Of a stretch of 64,000 nt of DNA, positions 48,054 through 58,197 are shown in pieces. Within the stretch, counting starts at the first letter, position 1; every line of letters starts with the position of its first letter. Made by a program: the position numbers and the translations under genes. A model generated the notes under the pieces. The model ran no database searches. It was not told where the DNA came from and was given only the letters and a program-made list of their open reading frames with translations. The stretch covers positions 62,001-126,000 of the IMG/VR virus record IMGVR_UViG_3300043399_000297, one strand, 5' to 3'.

Positions 48054-49601
48054 ATGGCGAACACAGCATCATTAGTTAAGGATCCATATAAGAAAACCGT
48101 CTTCAAGAACCAAAAGGAGATTGAGGACTTTATCAAGTGTTGTGATCCAGACACTGGTTATCTATACTTTATGGATAACTTCTTTATGATTCAGCATCCC
48201 ACACAAGGTGCTATGAATTATCACCCTTGGGACTATCAAAAAAAATTAATCGAAACATATCACAAATATCGTTTTAGTATTAGTTTGATGCCTAGACAGT
48301 CAGGTAAGAGTACCTCAGCAGCAGGATATTTGCTTTGGTATGCGATGTTCGTACCTGACAGCACTATTCTAATTGCAGCACACAAGTATACCGGTGCACA
48401 AGAAATTATGCAGCGTATACGATATGCATATGAAAACTGTCCAGACCATATCAAAGCAGGGGTGACCACTTATAATAAAGGCTCGCTTGATTTTGAGAAC
48501 GGATCACGCATTGTGTCTGCAACTACTACTGAAAATACCGGTCGTGGTATGTCTATCTCATTACTATATCTTGACGAGTTCGCCTTCGTTAGACCCTCAA
48601 TCGCAACTGAATTCTGGACTTCTATCACACCAACATTAGCAACAGGTGGTAAGGCAATTATCACTTCTACTCCAAACAGTGACGAAGATCAATTTGCTCT
48701 TATTTGGAAGATGGCTAACAAAACCGAAGATGAATTTGGAAACACTACTGAGCTAGGTGTAAATGGATTCAGATCGTATCGCGCATATTGGAATGAACAG
48801 CCCGGAAGAGATGAAAAATGGGCTAGAGAAATGCGCGCCCAATTAGGTGAAGATCGCTTTAATCGTGAAATTGGTTGTGAATTCATTATCGCAGATGAAA
48901 CGTTGATCAATCCAAACACATTGTTCAAACTTGAGGGGGTAGAACCAACAGCAAGAATGGGACAAGTTCGTTGGTACAAGAAGCCCGAAAAGGGCAATTT
49001 ATATGTAGTCGGTCTTGATCCAAGTTTGGGTACGGGCGGTGACCCTGCTGCTATACAAGTATTTGAAGCTAATACAACTACACAAATCGGTGAGTGGAAA
49101 CATAATAAAACAGATATTCCTAGTCAAATTAAACTATTAGCTGAAATCTGCAAGTATATCGCAGAGTGTACCGGTGAACCAAACAGTATCTATTACTCAG
49201 TAGAAAACAATAGTATCGGTGAAGCAAGTCTTATCTCATTAAACGAGTTTGGTGAGAGCAATATTCCTGGCATATTCTTAAGCGAAAACGGAAAAAAACG
49301 TAAAGGCTTTAATACAACACAGAAGCCTAAACTTGCTGCCTGCGCAAAGTTCAAGACATTACTTGAATCAGGAAAGATGACGATTTATAGCAAGTCATTG
49401 ATAACAGAGTTAAAAGCCTTCGTAGCAAGTGCAGGTAGTTATGCAGCTAAGATAGGTGACACAGACGATTTGGTAATGGCTTCGTTATTATCTGTCAGAA
49501 TTATGCAGCAATTAGCTGACTATCACGGTGACTTAGAAAGTCATATTCGTGATCACGATGAAATCATAGCACCACTTCCATTCTTTGCCGTCATTAACTA
49601 A
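48054..49601 (+). CDS. terL: Terminase large subunit (T4 gp17-like)
   Basis: PRQSGKS, LYLDEFAF, ITSTPN, GLDPS, VENN, DDLVMA. Confidence 0.95.
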   Translation: MANTASLVKDPYKKTVFKNQKEIEDFIKCCDPDTGYLYFMDNFFMIQHPTQGAMNYHPWDYQKKLIETYHKYRFSISLMPRQSGKSTSAAGYLLWYAMFVPDSTILIAAHKYTGAQEIMQRIRYAYENCPDHIKAGVTTYNKGSLDFENGSRIVSATTTENTGRGMSISLLYLDEFAFVRPSIATEFWTSITPTLATGGKAIITSTPNSDEDQFALIWKMANKTEDEFGNTTELGVNGFRSYRAYWNEQPGRDEKWAREMRAQLGEDRFNREIGCEFIIADETLINPNTLFKLEGVEPTARMGQVRWYKKPEKGNLYVVGLDPSLGTGGDPAAIQVFEANTTTQIGEWKHNKTDIPSQIKLLAEICKYIAECTGEPNSIYYSVENNSIGEASLISLNEFGESNIPGIFLSENGKKRKGFNTTQKPKLAACAKFKTLLESGKMTIYSKSLITELKAFVASAGSYAAKIGDTDDLVMASLLSVRIMQQLADYHGDLESHIRDHDEIIAPLPFFAVIN

Positions 49602-49619
49602 TTTGGCATAAATATTGTT

Positions 49620-51431
49620 ATGGCAAAAAACGTAAAATCAATTCAGCAGGATCTATTTAACATTCTCCGTACGCGAGGATTTGATCCAGTATCCGCTAAA
49701 GTAGGCGACAAAACTGTTCCAGTACCGCAAGAAGCTGATATCATACGATTCACTTTTAAGAAAGATGGAAAATCGTATGGAGATGCGTGGGCTACTATTG
49801 ACGATGATAAAAAATTGATTGTTTATTACGATAAGGAACAGCAGGAAAGTCCCAACGAAAGAACATCGGGAATTGAATACGATGATACTTGGTATGGATT
49901 TCTTGGATTTTTAAAAGATTTTGCTCAACAGAACGTCTTGAAGTTTCAAACTGACTATCACGACAAGAAAAACTACGATTTGGCTCAAAGGAAGTATAAC
50001 GAAATGCAAGAGAAATTAGGCGAAAGCTACCATCCAATGGGACGCAAAGCAAGTTATAATGATGCTGTTCCTAATGTGAAGATCATTCTACAGCACAATC
50101 GTAGCCTTGAAGAAGGTGAAGCACGTTTTCGTAATGTAGCTCGTATCTTCTTAGAAAATATGGATGGTGAAAGATTCCTAGCTCCAACTACTCGCCCTGG
50201 CCTTGCTCGTGTATATGCTCGTCATATCGCAGAAGGCGGTGTACCAAATGATGACAAGTGGAATCATATTAAGTCAATCTGTGAAGATTATGGCAAGCTA
50301 GCTGGATTTGTTCGCGCAACAAAGAACAATCAGTTTAACGAATCAGCACAAGAGTTAGTGAATGAGGGAATCAATCATTATAATAACTTGCGTGAAACAT
50401 TACACAAGTTAACTACACATAAAGGATATCAGAACTATTTTGAAAGTTATACTCCCACACTAATGGAAGGTGATGGAGAAGATATCAGCGAAATGTTTAT
50501 GTCAAGCTCAATGGATCCGAGAATTGAAGCTGCTATGCCTATCTTATCAAGACTCAAGAAGCCAGTCACTGAAATGGAAGAAGTTGATAGTTTAGCAGAG
50601 TGGGCAGACGATATCATTAATGAGAAATTAGAACTTGATGAGATTTCGGATAAAACAAAGCTAGGATATGTATCTACGGCTACTAAAAATATCCCTCAAC
50701 TTCAGGGTAAAAAAGGTAAAATTGCTCGTGATACATATTATAACTGGCACAGTAGTGATGACGACCGTGCCGATGCTGACAAAAAGACGGCTGCATTAGA
50801 CAAGAAAATTGCAAATCGTAAGCAAGGAATCGAACGGGCTACTGGAGAAGAATCACTTGATGAAATTGATGAATCCTTGTTAGGTGCAGCCGCAATAGGC
50901 GGAGCAGCAGCAGCGTTAGGATCAAAATTAAAAGACAAGATAGCTGACCGTAAATCACAGCCTGGTCCTAGAACTGGTGATCCGCATAGAACTGGAAAAA
51001 AGCAAGTAGGTGAAATGGATAAGAGCCAGGGCTCACGCCGTGACTTTGACAACGCAAGAGGTCCGGATAAAACTGCTAAACCAATTTCACCTGAACAGAT
51101 GGTTAAGGGTGCAAAAAACAAACTGAATAAATTACTAAACAAGGCACATAAAGCAGAAAAGCTTGATGAAGTTAACAAAGAACTACAGTCATATGTTGAC
51201 CAAACACACGAATACAAGAATCAAGGCGAAGAGCTGGCGAACGCTGAAATAAATCAACCTAAACCTACTAACGAAACTCTTTCTAAAGAACAACGCAAGG
51301 TTGGTCAACTTGGTCCTACTGAAAAAATTACTAAGAAGAATCCTCTCAGAGGAAAGTTAGTGGGAGCTAACGAAAGTAAAGAATATGCTGAATTACAACT
51401 GATACTAAAATATTCTGGTCTTGATAAATAA
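49620..51431 (+). CDS. Probable head-associated/core protein with many (L/I)xE sites
   Basis: Follows the terminase, has its own TAAATA, charged C-terminal half with LDE/IDE/LGE/ANE junctions. Confidence 0.5.
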   Translation: MAKNVKSIQQDLFNILRTRGFDPVSAKVGDKTVPVPQEADIIRFTFKKDGKSYGDAWATIDDDKKLIVYYDKEQQESPNERTSGIEYDDTWYGFLGFLKDFAQQNVLKFQTDYHDKKNYDLAQRKYNEMQEKLGESYHPMGRKASYNDAVPNVKIILQHNRSLEEGEARFRNVARIFLENMDGERFLAPTTRPGLARVYARHIAEGGVPNDDKWNHIKSICEDYGKLAGFVRATKNNQFNESAQELVNEGINHYNNLRETLHKLTTHKGYQNYFESYTPTLMEGDGEDISEMFMSSSMDPRIEAAMPILSRLKKPVTEMEEVDSLAEWADDIINEKLELDEISDKTKLGYVSTATKNIPQLQGKKGKIARDTYYNWHSSDDDRADADKKTAALDKKIANRKQGIERATGEESLDEIDESLLGAAAIGGAAAALGSKLKDKIADRKSQPGPRTGDPHRTGKKQVGEMDKSQGSRRDFDNARGPDKTAKPISPEQMVKGAKNKLNKLLNKAHKAEKLDEVNKELQSYVDQTHEYKNQGEELANAEINQPKPTNETLSKEQRKVGQLGPTEKITKKNPLRGKLVGANESKEYAELQLILKYSGLDK

Positions 51432-51455
51432 TTTGATAACAAAAGGATAATCACA

Positions 51456-51974
51456 ATGGCAGAATCCAGCACAGTAGCTTCAGAAAAAAATACTCCGGCA
51501 TCTTTTGCAAAGGGGCAAGAAGGAATTGCATCTATTAAAAACTTTTTGAAGGGTGTCAAGTTTCCTCCCACTACTGCTGAGGATAGAGCTAAACTGAAAG
51601 CTGCAATTGAAGCATACCGCGCTCAAATAAAGAAGACTTTACAAACCTCTGCCAGTCAAGCTAATAGCAGAAATAATCCAGCATCACTTTTAGCCGCACA
51701 AACTAAAACAATTAAAGATGCGATTGCAAGTATTAAAGATTATCTTCCTGCAGGAACCAATTTAGATACAACATCATTTGATGCTGCACTTAAATCAATG
51801 GAAAATACTATTAATAAAATTACAGAATTAGCAAAAAAACCAGCGGTAGATAGCAATACTCCTCCTCCTCCTCCAGGTCAACCTCTCCCTAAGCCGCAAG
51901 TTCTTCCAAAAGGAGCCATTGATAATCTACCAGTAAAAGCAATGGAATCAACTAAACCTACCTCTGCTCAATAA
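51456..51974 (+). CDS. Hypothetical Ala/Lys/Pro-rich protein
   Basis: TAAATA at 51425, AAGGA RBS, poly-Pro tract. Confidence 0.6.
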   Translation: MAESSTVASEKNTPASFAKGQEGIASIKNFLKGVKFPPTTAEDRAKLKAAIEAYRAQIKKTLQTSASQANSRNNPASLLAAQTKTIKDAIASIKDYLPAGTNLDTTSFDAALKSMENTINKITELAKKPAVDSNTPPPPPGQPLPKPQVLPKGAIDNLPVKAMESTKPTSAQ

Positions 51975-52020
51975 TTGGGTATATAGTGTAATATAATAAT
52001 ATATTATGCACCCAATACTA

Positions 52021-52063
52021 TTGTAAATATATTACACATAAGTTATAACATAACTTATGTGTA
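52021..52063 (+). promoter_or_regulatory. sigma70-like promoter of the SSB gene overlapped by a perfect 14-bp inverted repeat
   Basis: TTGTAA-17-TATAAC; TACACATAAGTTAT-aac-ATAACTTATGTGTA at 52033-52063. Confidence 0.6.
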
Positions 52064-52136
52064 GTTGTCTCCAAACAACGAAACATAAAAACACTTTTAG
52101 GCTCAACTTAGGCACATTTAAAAAGGAGAAAACAAA

Positions 52137-53126
52137 ATGGCAAGTCTAGCAGAAATCCGGGCTCGTTTGGCAGCCCAAGAAAATAAGAATCAGAACAACG
52201 GTCCTCGCACTCAGTCTGATAACGCAATTTACCCACATTGGAATATGGCAGAAGGAACGACTGTAACTACTCGTTTCCTCCCCGACGCCGACAACACTAA
52301 CGACTTTTTCTGGGTTGAACGCCAGATCATCAAGCTTCCATTCAATGGCATCAAGGGTCAGCCCGAAGCCAAGCAAGTAATCGTTCAGGTTCCTTGTGTA
52401 GAAATGTATGGGGACAACTGCCCCGTTCTTGCAGAAGTTCGTCCTTGGTACAAGGATGACACTCTTAAGGACCTCGCTAATAAGTATTGGAAGAAGCGTT
52501 CTTATCTCTATCAGGGATTTGTTCGTGCTAATCCACTCGGTGATGATCAGACCCCAGCTAACCCCATTCGTCGCTTCGTAATCAGTCCTCAGATTCAGAC
52601 TGTTATCAAGGCATCATTGATGGATCCTGAGTTGGAAGAACTGCCAACTGATTATCTTCGTGGTCTTGACTTCAATATTAAGAAGACTAGTAAGGGTGGT
52701 TATGCTGACTATTCTACTAGTAACTGGGCCCGTAAGGAAAGCCCATTGACTGAGGCAGAAATGGCTGCTATTGAGGCACATGGTCTTTTCAATCTTAAGG
52801 ACTTCTTGCCCAAGAAGCCCAGCGAAGCAGAACTTCGTGTTATCAAGGAAATGTTTGAAGCAAGTGTCGATGGTCGTCCATATGATCCTGACAAGTTTGG
52901 TGCTTACTATCGTCCATATGGACTTGAGGCGCCTGCAGGAGCAGCACAGGACGAAACTACAGTGACTGCTGAAACCAGCACTACCCCGGCTGCTTCTGTT
53001 TCAACAGATACACCTGAAGTTCCTTGGGAAGCCGATGAACCAGTAGTTGTTCCGAGCAATAACACTTCTAGCGATAAGGCGCAGGATATTTTACAGATGA
53101 TCCGCGCTCGTCAGAACAAGTCCTAA
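52137..53126 (+). CDS. Single-stranded DNA-binding protein (T4 gp32-like)
   Basis: RFLPD, C.E..G..CPV, YWKKRSY, G.DF.IKK..KGGYADYSTS, acidic tail. Confidence 0.88.
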   Translation: MASLAEIRARLAAQENKNQNNGPRTQSDNAIYPHWNMAEGTTVTTRFLPDADNTNDFFWVERQIIKLPFNGIKGQPEAKQVIVQVPCVEMYGDNCPVLAEVRPWYKDDTLKDLANKYWKKRSYLYQGFVRANPLGDDQTPANPIRRFVISPQIQTVIKASLMDPELEELPTDYLRGLDFNIKKTSKGGYADYSTSNWARKESPLTEAEMAAIEAHGLFNLKDFLPKKPSEAELRVIKEMFEASVDGRPYDPDKFGAYYRPYGLEAPAGAAQDETTVTAETSTTPAASVSTDTPEVPWEADEPVVVPSNNTSSDKAQDILQMIRARQNKS

Positions 53127-53135
53127 ACTTGTCTA

Positions 53136-53160
53136 GGGGAGGGAGAAATCCCTCCCCATT
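53136..53160 (+). terminator. Hairpin/terminator after SSB
   Basis: GGGGAGGGA-gaaa-TCCCTCCCC-attt. Confidence 0.7.
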
Positions 53161-53178
53161 TATCGTATAGGAGGTTTT

Positions 53179-53409
53179 ATGAATAAACCAGAAGAAAGAT
53201 ATAGAGCCTTGAAGCAAAGCAGAAAACTGCTTGAAGAACTTTGCGATCCAGGCAAAACTCCAAGAGTTCCTAGTATTATTAGAGATAGAGCAAGAACAAT
53301 TCTTCGTCATTATCCTACAGATTATGACATTGAATGCCTGGCTGATAATAGTCCCGAACTTCTTGAAAAAAATTCAAATACTGATAAGATCAAGCAGATT
53401 GTAAGATAA
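53179..53409 (+). CDS. Small conserved protein (BPSL0761-like)
   Basis: P.ERYRA..PRVP..IR..A..ILRHYP. Confidence 0.55.
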   Translation: MNKPEERYRALKQSRKLLEELCDPGKTPRVPSIIRDRARTILRHYPTDYDIECLADNSPELLEKNSNTDKIKQIVR

Positions 53410-53419
53410 GGAAAAAACA

Positions 53420-54484
53420 TTGGCAAAACCGTTCGATATTAGTAGGTTCCGAAAGGACATTACTAAGGCAATTGATGGCCTTAGTATAGGATTTAACGAT
53501 CCGACAGATTGGGTGTCAACTGGAAATTATGCGTTAAATTATAGAATTAGTGGCGATTTTAATAAAGGCATACCTCTTGGAAAGGTTACTGTCTTTGCCG
53601 GAGAAAGTGGCTCAGGAAAGAGTTACATTTGTTCGGGAAACTTGGTTCGTCACGCTCAAGAGCAGGGTATCTATGTGGTACTCATTGACAGTGAAAACGC
53701 ACTTGACGAAGCTTGGCTTCACGCATTAGGCGTTGACACTAGCGAGGACAAGCTCCTCAAGTTAAATATGGCAATGATTGATGATGTTGCTAAGACTATC
53801 AGTGAATTTATGAAGGGCTATAAGGCAATGTCAGAAGATGACAAGCCCAAGGTTCTTTTTGTTATTGACAGTCTTGGTATGTTACTGACTCCTACTGATG
53901 TTAATCAGTTTGAAGCAGGTGATATGAAGGGTGATATGGGTCGTAAGCCCAAGGCTCTTACTTCGTTGGTTCGTAACTGTGTGAATATGTTTGGTTCACA
54001 TAATGTAGGTCTTGTAGCAACTAATCACACTTATGCGTCACAGGATATGTTTGATCCTGACGATAAGATTAGTGGTGGTCAGGGCTTCATCTATGCATCA
54101 AGTATTGTTGTGGCTATGAAGAAGCTTAAGCTTAAAGAAGACGAAGACGGCAACAAGATTAGTCAGGTTCGCGGCATTCGTAGTGCTATCAAGGTAATGA
54201 AGACTCGTTATGCAAAGCCCTTCGAAAGTGTTCAGGTCAAGATTCCATATGACAGGGGAATGTCACCTACATCAGGTCTTGTGGATCTTTTTGAATCAAG
54301 CGGTTGGTTAACCAAAGAGGGAAATAGTTTAGTGTATACTAAAGCAGACGGTGCCGTTATTAAGAAATTCCGAAAAGCTTGGGAAGCTAACGATGATGCG
54401 TGTCTTCATATCGTAATGGATGAAATAATGTCTGGCAAGAAAAAAGTAGATACTAAAATAGATGATAGCTTAATTGAGGAATAA
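53420..54484 (+). CDS. uvsX: RecA-like recombinase UvsX
   Basis: GESGSGKS, IDSENA, VIDSLG, TNHTY, SGG; TTG start. Confidence 0.93.
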   Translation: MAKPFDISRFRKDITKAIDGLSIGFNDPTDWVSTGNYALNYRISGDFNKGIPLGKVTVFAGESGSGKSYICSGNLVRHAQEQGIYVVLIDSENALDEAWLHALGVDTSEDKLLKLNMAMIDDVAKTISEFMKGYKAMSEDDKPKVLFVIDSLGMLLTPTDVNQFEAGDMKGDMGRKPKALTSLVRNCVNMFGSHNVGLVATNHTYASQDMFDPDDKISGGQGFIYASSIVVAMKKLKLKEDEDGNKISQVRGIRSAIKVMKTRYAKPFESVQVKIPYDRGMSPTSGLVDLFESSGWLTKEGNSLVYTKADGAVIKKFRKAWEANDDACLHIVMDEIMSGKKKVDTKIDDSLIEE

Positions 54485-54519
54485 TATGGATACATAGCGG
54501 TTCAATATAAATACATTAT

Positions 54520-55236
54520 ATGGAGCCGCTAATGTATTATGTTTATGCGTTGATTGATGTGAGAACTGAATTACCATTCTATATAGGTAAAGGTAAAGAA
54601 GGAAACAACCGCCACTTGGATCATTTTTGTGAGTCAATTGAAAACACGGATAACCGACAGAAAGTATATAAAATACAATATTTGTTGCTTGAGTTTGGTG
54701 ACGTTCCGGTATTAATATTAGATTCAGGAATAAAAAATGAAGATTCTGCTTACGACCTCGAAACATTTTTCATTAAAAAATATGGAAGAATAAACATTGA
54801 TCCAGGAGGGATACTTACTAATATTTTGATAGATAAGCGTCCCCCCAACCACACAGGCAGAAAACAGTCATTAGATCACATTAATAAGAGAATGTCAAGC
54901 AGAAAACACACTGCTGATACAATAGGCATAAAACCTTGTAGTCCTGAGTCTAACAAAAAGAAGGGCCGATCCGGTATTGAAAATGGATTCTATGGTAAAA
55001 AACACACTGAAAAAAATAAAAATGATCACTCAATGAGAATGAAGGGTAACAAAAACAATATTAAAACTTACGAGTTTACTGATCCAAAAGGAATATCACA
55101 CATTGTGGATGGGTTTTATGCTTTTTGTGAAGATAACCACTTAGTAGTACCTACACTAGAAAAGGCATTGAAAAACGGTACAGCAGTATACTCAGGAAAG
55201 TGTAAAGGATGGAAAGTCAGAAGGTTAAGTAAATGA
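54520..55236 (+). CDS. GIY-YIG homing endonuclease with NUMOD3-like repeats
   Basis: YYVYALID..PFYIGKG..R..H, E..FIKKYG..G.LTN, GRKQS, FYGKKHT; TATAAATA at 54506. Confidence 0.8.
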   Translation: MEPLMYYVYALIDVRTELPFYIGKGKEGNNRHLDHFCESIENTDNRQKVYKIQYLLLEFGDVPVLILDSGIKNEDSAYDLETFFIKKYGRINIDPGGILTNILIDKRPPNHTGRKQSLDHINKRMSSRKHTADTIGIKPCSPESNKKKGRSGIENGFYGKKHTEKNKNDHSMRMKGNKNNIKTYEFTDPKGISHIVDGFYAFCEDNHLVVPTLEKALKNGTAVYSGKCKGWKVRRLSK

Positions 55237-55421
55237 AAATAACAATTACAAAGCGCGATCCTAGCTATTCGTGGTTTGACATTTATGTCGACGGTGAGTG
55301 GCTTATGAGCAAAGAAAAAGCAAATGTCTACCACGTGGAAGATTACATTGACTTTTTAAGTAATCTTGAAGGCACTGGAAAGATCCAATTTAATGTATTT
55401 GACGGGGAGACTGTAGAATGA
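55233..55421 (+). CDS. Hypothetical protein
   Basis: 62 aa, ATGA-coupled at both ends. Confidence 0.6.
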   Translation: MKITITKRDPSYSWFDIYVDGEWLMSKEKANVYHVEDYIDFLSNLEGTGKIQFNVFDGETVE

Positions 55422-55999
55422 AAATTAAGGATTTGATGGAAGCCTTTCAAGTTGGAAAGTTTCCAGAAACTCCTGAAACTTCTAAAGAATTCCGGGCAGA
55501 GTATGAGAAATTATTAACTAACGCATCCAAAATTGCAGATGTGAGAAAAGATTATACTTTGTATAAGTATAATGATATTTTTATGCTTGCAAAACAAGAT
55601 AAAACTATTGTCGGAATGCTTAAATTATCCAATGCTGTGGTTTCTGGAAAAGATTATTTAGAAGTAGCCGGAATTTATGTACCAATTCAATTTAGAAAAA
55701 GTACCGCCTTATATTGGTTGTTATATGCAGTGAAAGAAACTGTAAATAAAGATGTAATCGCAGACGGTGCCATTTTTGATGACGGGCAAGCACTAGTTGA
55801 TGTAATACAAAAGCATCATATCTTTTATGTATTTGATCTAAATAAAGAAACAGGCGAGGTTAGTGAAGTAACCCGTCCTATAAACTCAATAGATCACTGC
55901 TATTTGCTTAGGACTACTAAATTAGGTTTCGGTGAACAAATATTTACTGAGGGTATGGAGTTTACTTGGTACCCGTTATTTGGGGAGATTGTAGAATGA
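55418..55999 (+). CDS. Possible GNAT-like protein with a capsid-targeting-like N-terminus
   Basis: MKIKDLME; IVGMLKL..LEVAGIYVPIQFRKS resembles GNAT motif A. Confidence 0.4.
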   Translation: MKIKDLMEAFQVGKFPETPETSKEFRAEYEKLLTNASKIADVRKDYTLYKYNDIFMLAKQDKTIVGMLKLSNAVVSGKDYLEVAGIYVPIQFRKSTALYWLLYAVKETVNKDVIADGAIFDDGQALVDVIQKHHIFYVFDLNKETGEVSEVTRPINSIDHCYLLRTTKLGFGEQIFTEGMEFTWYPLFGEIVE

Positions 56000-56274
56000 G
56001 TTTAAGTCTTATTAATGAAGTGTGGAAGTTGCTCAAGCCAAGCATTGAACACGGTGATGTTGATGAAGCAGCAGAAACATTGGTTAATTTCTTAGTTGAT
56101 GAAGCTTATGCTTCTACTCACGAGATTAAGAATGCATTTAGGGGTGATAAGGAGATCAAGGAAGCACTTGATTATTATCTAGAAACTCCAGAGTCCGGTC
56201 ATTATCACGACTATGAAGATGACGAGGATATTTACGACGATTATCACAATGATTATGATGACGATTACGAATGA
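55996..56274 (+). CDS. Hypothetical protein with acidic tail
   Basis: ATGA-coupled, D/E/Y-rich C-terminus, directly upstream of uvsY. Confidence 0.65.
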   Translation: MSLSLINEVWKLLKPSIEHGDVDEAAETLVNFLVDEAYASTHEIKNAFRGDKEIKEALDYYLETPESGHYHDYEDDEDIYDDYHNDYDDDYE

Positions 56275-56729
56275 CCTGGTACAGCAAAATCACTCAGGAT
56301 TTAAGTCATATTCCTGACTTTATTGCTCACTATGAGAATGAGTTGATTTCGTCAAAAAATGATGTAAAGGTGTACGGCAATGTTGAAAAGAACATTGCCG
56401 CACTACCCGGAGTAACCGAATATCGCTTCAATCAACTACAAGAGATTGAAGCGGTATTGAACTATCTACAGATTCAGCTTAAAAAACTAAAAAGAACCTA
56501 CTTTAAAAAATATCTAGAAAACTATAACAGACAATTACAGCCTCGTGATGCTGAAAAGTATGCAGAAGGTGAAGATGAAGTAATTGACTTTGAGATTTTG
56601 GTTAATGAAGTAGCACTATTAAGAAACAAATACCTCGGCATTATGAAGGGCCTAGACAGTAAACAGTGGCAATTGGGCCACATTGTTCGTCTACGCACAG
56701 CAGGTATGGAAGATATATCAATTGGGTAA
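56271..56729 (+). CDS. uvsY: Recombination mediator UvsY-like protein
   Basis: Helical 152 aa ending KGLDSKQWQLGHIVRLRTAG; located between uvsX and uvsW. Confidence 0.7.
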   Translation: MTWYSKITQDLSHIPDFIAHYENELISSKNDVKVYGNVEKNIAALPGVTEYRFNQLQEIEAVLNYLQIQLKKLKRTYFKKYLENYNRQLQPRDAEKYAEGEDEVIDFEILVNEVALLRNKYLGIMKGLDSKQWQLGHIVRLRTAGMEDISIG

Positions 56730-56783
56730 CAACAATGTTGCTTTATTTTACAACTTATAGTAGTGTGAATCTAGAGGAAAATT

Positions 56784-57509
56784 ATGAAACTTGCCAACGC
56801 AACCAAAGCCATACATTTTAATATAAGCTTTAGCTCAGAAGATAATAGAATCATCAATTTTGTTGAGGATCCTTTGCTTCTTAGCTGCACACTATATAGG
56901 CTAAACAAGATGCCGGAAACTACAGTAAACAAAGATCAGACATATTATGTAGTCCGTGCTTGGTCAATTGAAAGTGATGCCAGTAAGATTGCTGCAAGGA
57001 TCACACAAGAAGATAGGATCTTTGCTGAACTTGTTAAGCGATATTACAGAGGCAAGTTACTAGCAGCTAAATTGCGCGGCGACGAATTTACCAAATATAG
57101 AACTGAATTGTTAGAATATCTAACGCACGGTACTAATAGCGTATCTGTTAAGTTCGTTGGTATGCTATACAAGCTTCCATATTTCTATGAGTATGATATT
57201 AAGCTTACGGAAGAAGTATTCAGTGGTGAATATTTCCAATCAGAAGGCTTCGGTGTAGTTAAGGAATCTAGGAATCTTAAGTTTATTTCTAAACTTGATG
57301 CTTATAAGAAGCGTAAGGTTGTGTATGAATATTGGTTCAGTGATGATCAGGACAATCGGGTATTAGTTGAAGTTGATAAGAATAATCCACTGTTGAAGTT
57401 GTGGGACATTGCTATCAACAACGACATTGAAATTAAAGCCAAGTTTGAAAAGAAGCGTAAGGACAATTGGGTTTATTATAACGCAACTGGATGGAAAATA
57501 AATGGCTAA
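56784..57509 (+). CDS. Hypothetical protein
   Basis: Promoter TTGCTT-17-TAGTGT (56738-56766), GAGG RBS. Confidence 0.7.
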   Translation: MKLANATKAIHFNISFSSEDNRIINFVEDPLLLSCTLYRLNKMPETTVNKDQTYYVVRAWSIESDASKIAARITQEDRIFAELVKRYYRGKLLAAKLRGDEFTKYRTELLEYLTHGTNSVSVKFVGMLYKLPYFYEYDIKLTEEVFSGEYFQSEGFGVVKESRNLKFISKLDAYKKRKVVYEYWFSDDQDNRVLVEVDKNNPLLKLWDIAINNDIEIKAKFEKKRKDNWVYYNATGWKING

Positions 57510-57945
57510 CACTATTGAAATTAAAGACTTGCCGGAAGTTATAACCGGCTCTATGTCTAGGTCCAATAAGGTAATAATTTGTCCTCGCTGTCAGGGCTAT
57601 GGTTTTCAGTCAAAGGAAGAATGCACTAGTTACCACAAAGGTGAATACACCACTTCTAGATCGCATTGCTTGCACTGCGAAGGTGACGGTAGATTGATTG
57701 AAACTACTGAGCATATGTCATTCAATTTAGGCAAGGACAAAGTGCAAACTATGCCATACATTTCCTTCAAGGACATTGTTGATCCACATGGATATGAAAA
57801 TCGTTGGTTTAGATATCGTTTGGATTTAACCGATCGTAATCTAGAACAAAAGTATCCCGAACTTGCTGCTATTTCATATGAAAAATATGATGAAATGGTA
57901 GAGAAATATAGAACACTTGAAATGTTAAAAAAGGACTATAAATGA
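57502..57945 (+). CDS. DnaJ-type zinc-finger protein
   Basis: CPRCQGYG and CLHCEGDG. Confidence 0.65.
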   Translation: MANTIEIKDLPEVITGSMSRSNKVIICPRCQGYGFQSKEECTSYHKGEYTTSRSHCLHCEGDGRLIETTEHMSFNLGKDKVQTMPYISFKDIVDPHGYENRWFRYRLDLTDRNLEQKYPELAAISYEKYDEMVEKYRTLEMLKKDYK

Positions 57946-58118
57946 ACGGTGATAAGTTGAAGTTGCACATTATTGAATTGAAGCACAAGCACCACAATAT
58001 TGAACTTGAAATCAATGATCTAATTAATAGTCACGGAGACGATATTAAGATACAAACACTTAAGAAGCAGAAACTTAAGTTAAAGGAAGAGATTGTTCAA
58101 CACGAAAACCAACTTTAA
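57942..58118 (+). CDS. DUF465/YdcH-like coiled-coil protein, 58 aa (not in the ORF track)
   Basis: MNGDKLKLHIIELKHKHHNIELEINDL..DDIKIQTLKKQKLKLKEEI; AAGGA RBS and ATGA overlap. Confidence 0.7.
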   Translation: MNGDKLKLHIIELKHKHHNIELEINDLINSHGDDIKIQTLKKQKLKLKEEIVQHENQL

Positions 58119-58139
58119 TCTAATGATGCGTTTTTTCGG

Positions 58140-58168
58140 TTGACACTGACTACCTAACTTGCTATTGT
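58140..58168 (+). promoter_or_regulatory. Early sigma70 promoter
   Basis: TTTTTTCGGTTGACA-17-TATTGT. Confidence 0.72.
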
Positions 58169-58197
58169 TAGTTATAGACAGAAGAAAGGTGAAGCAG

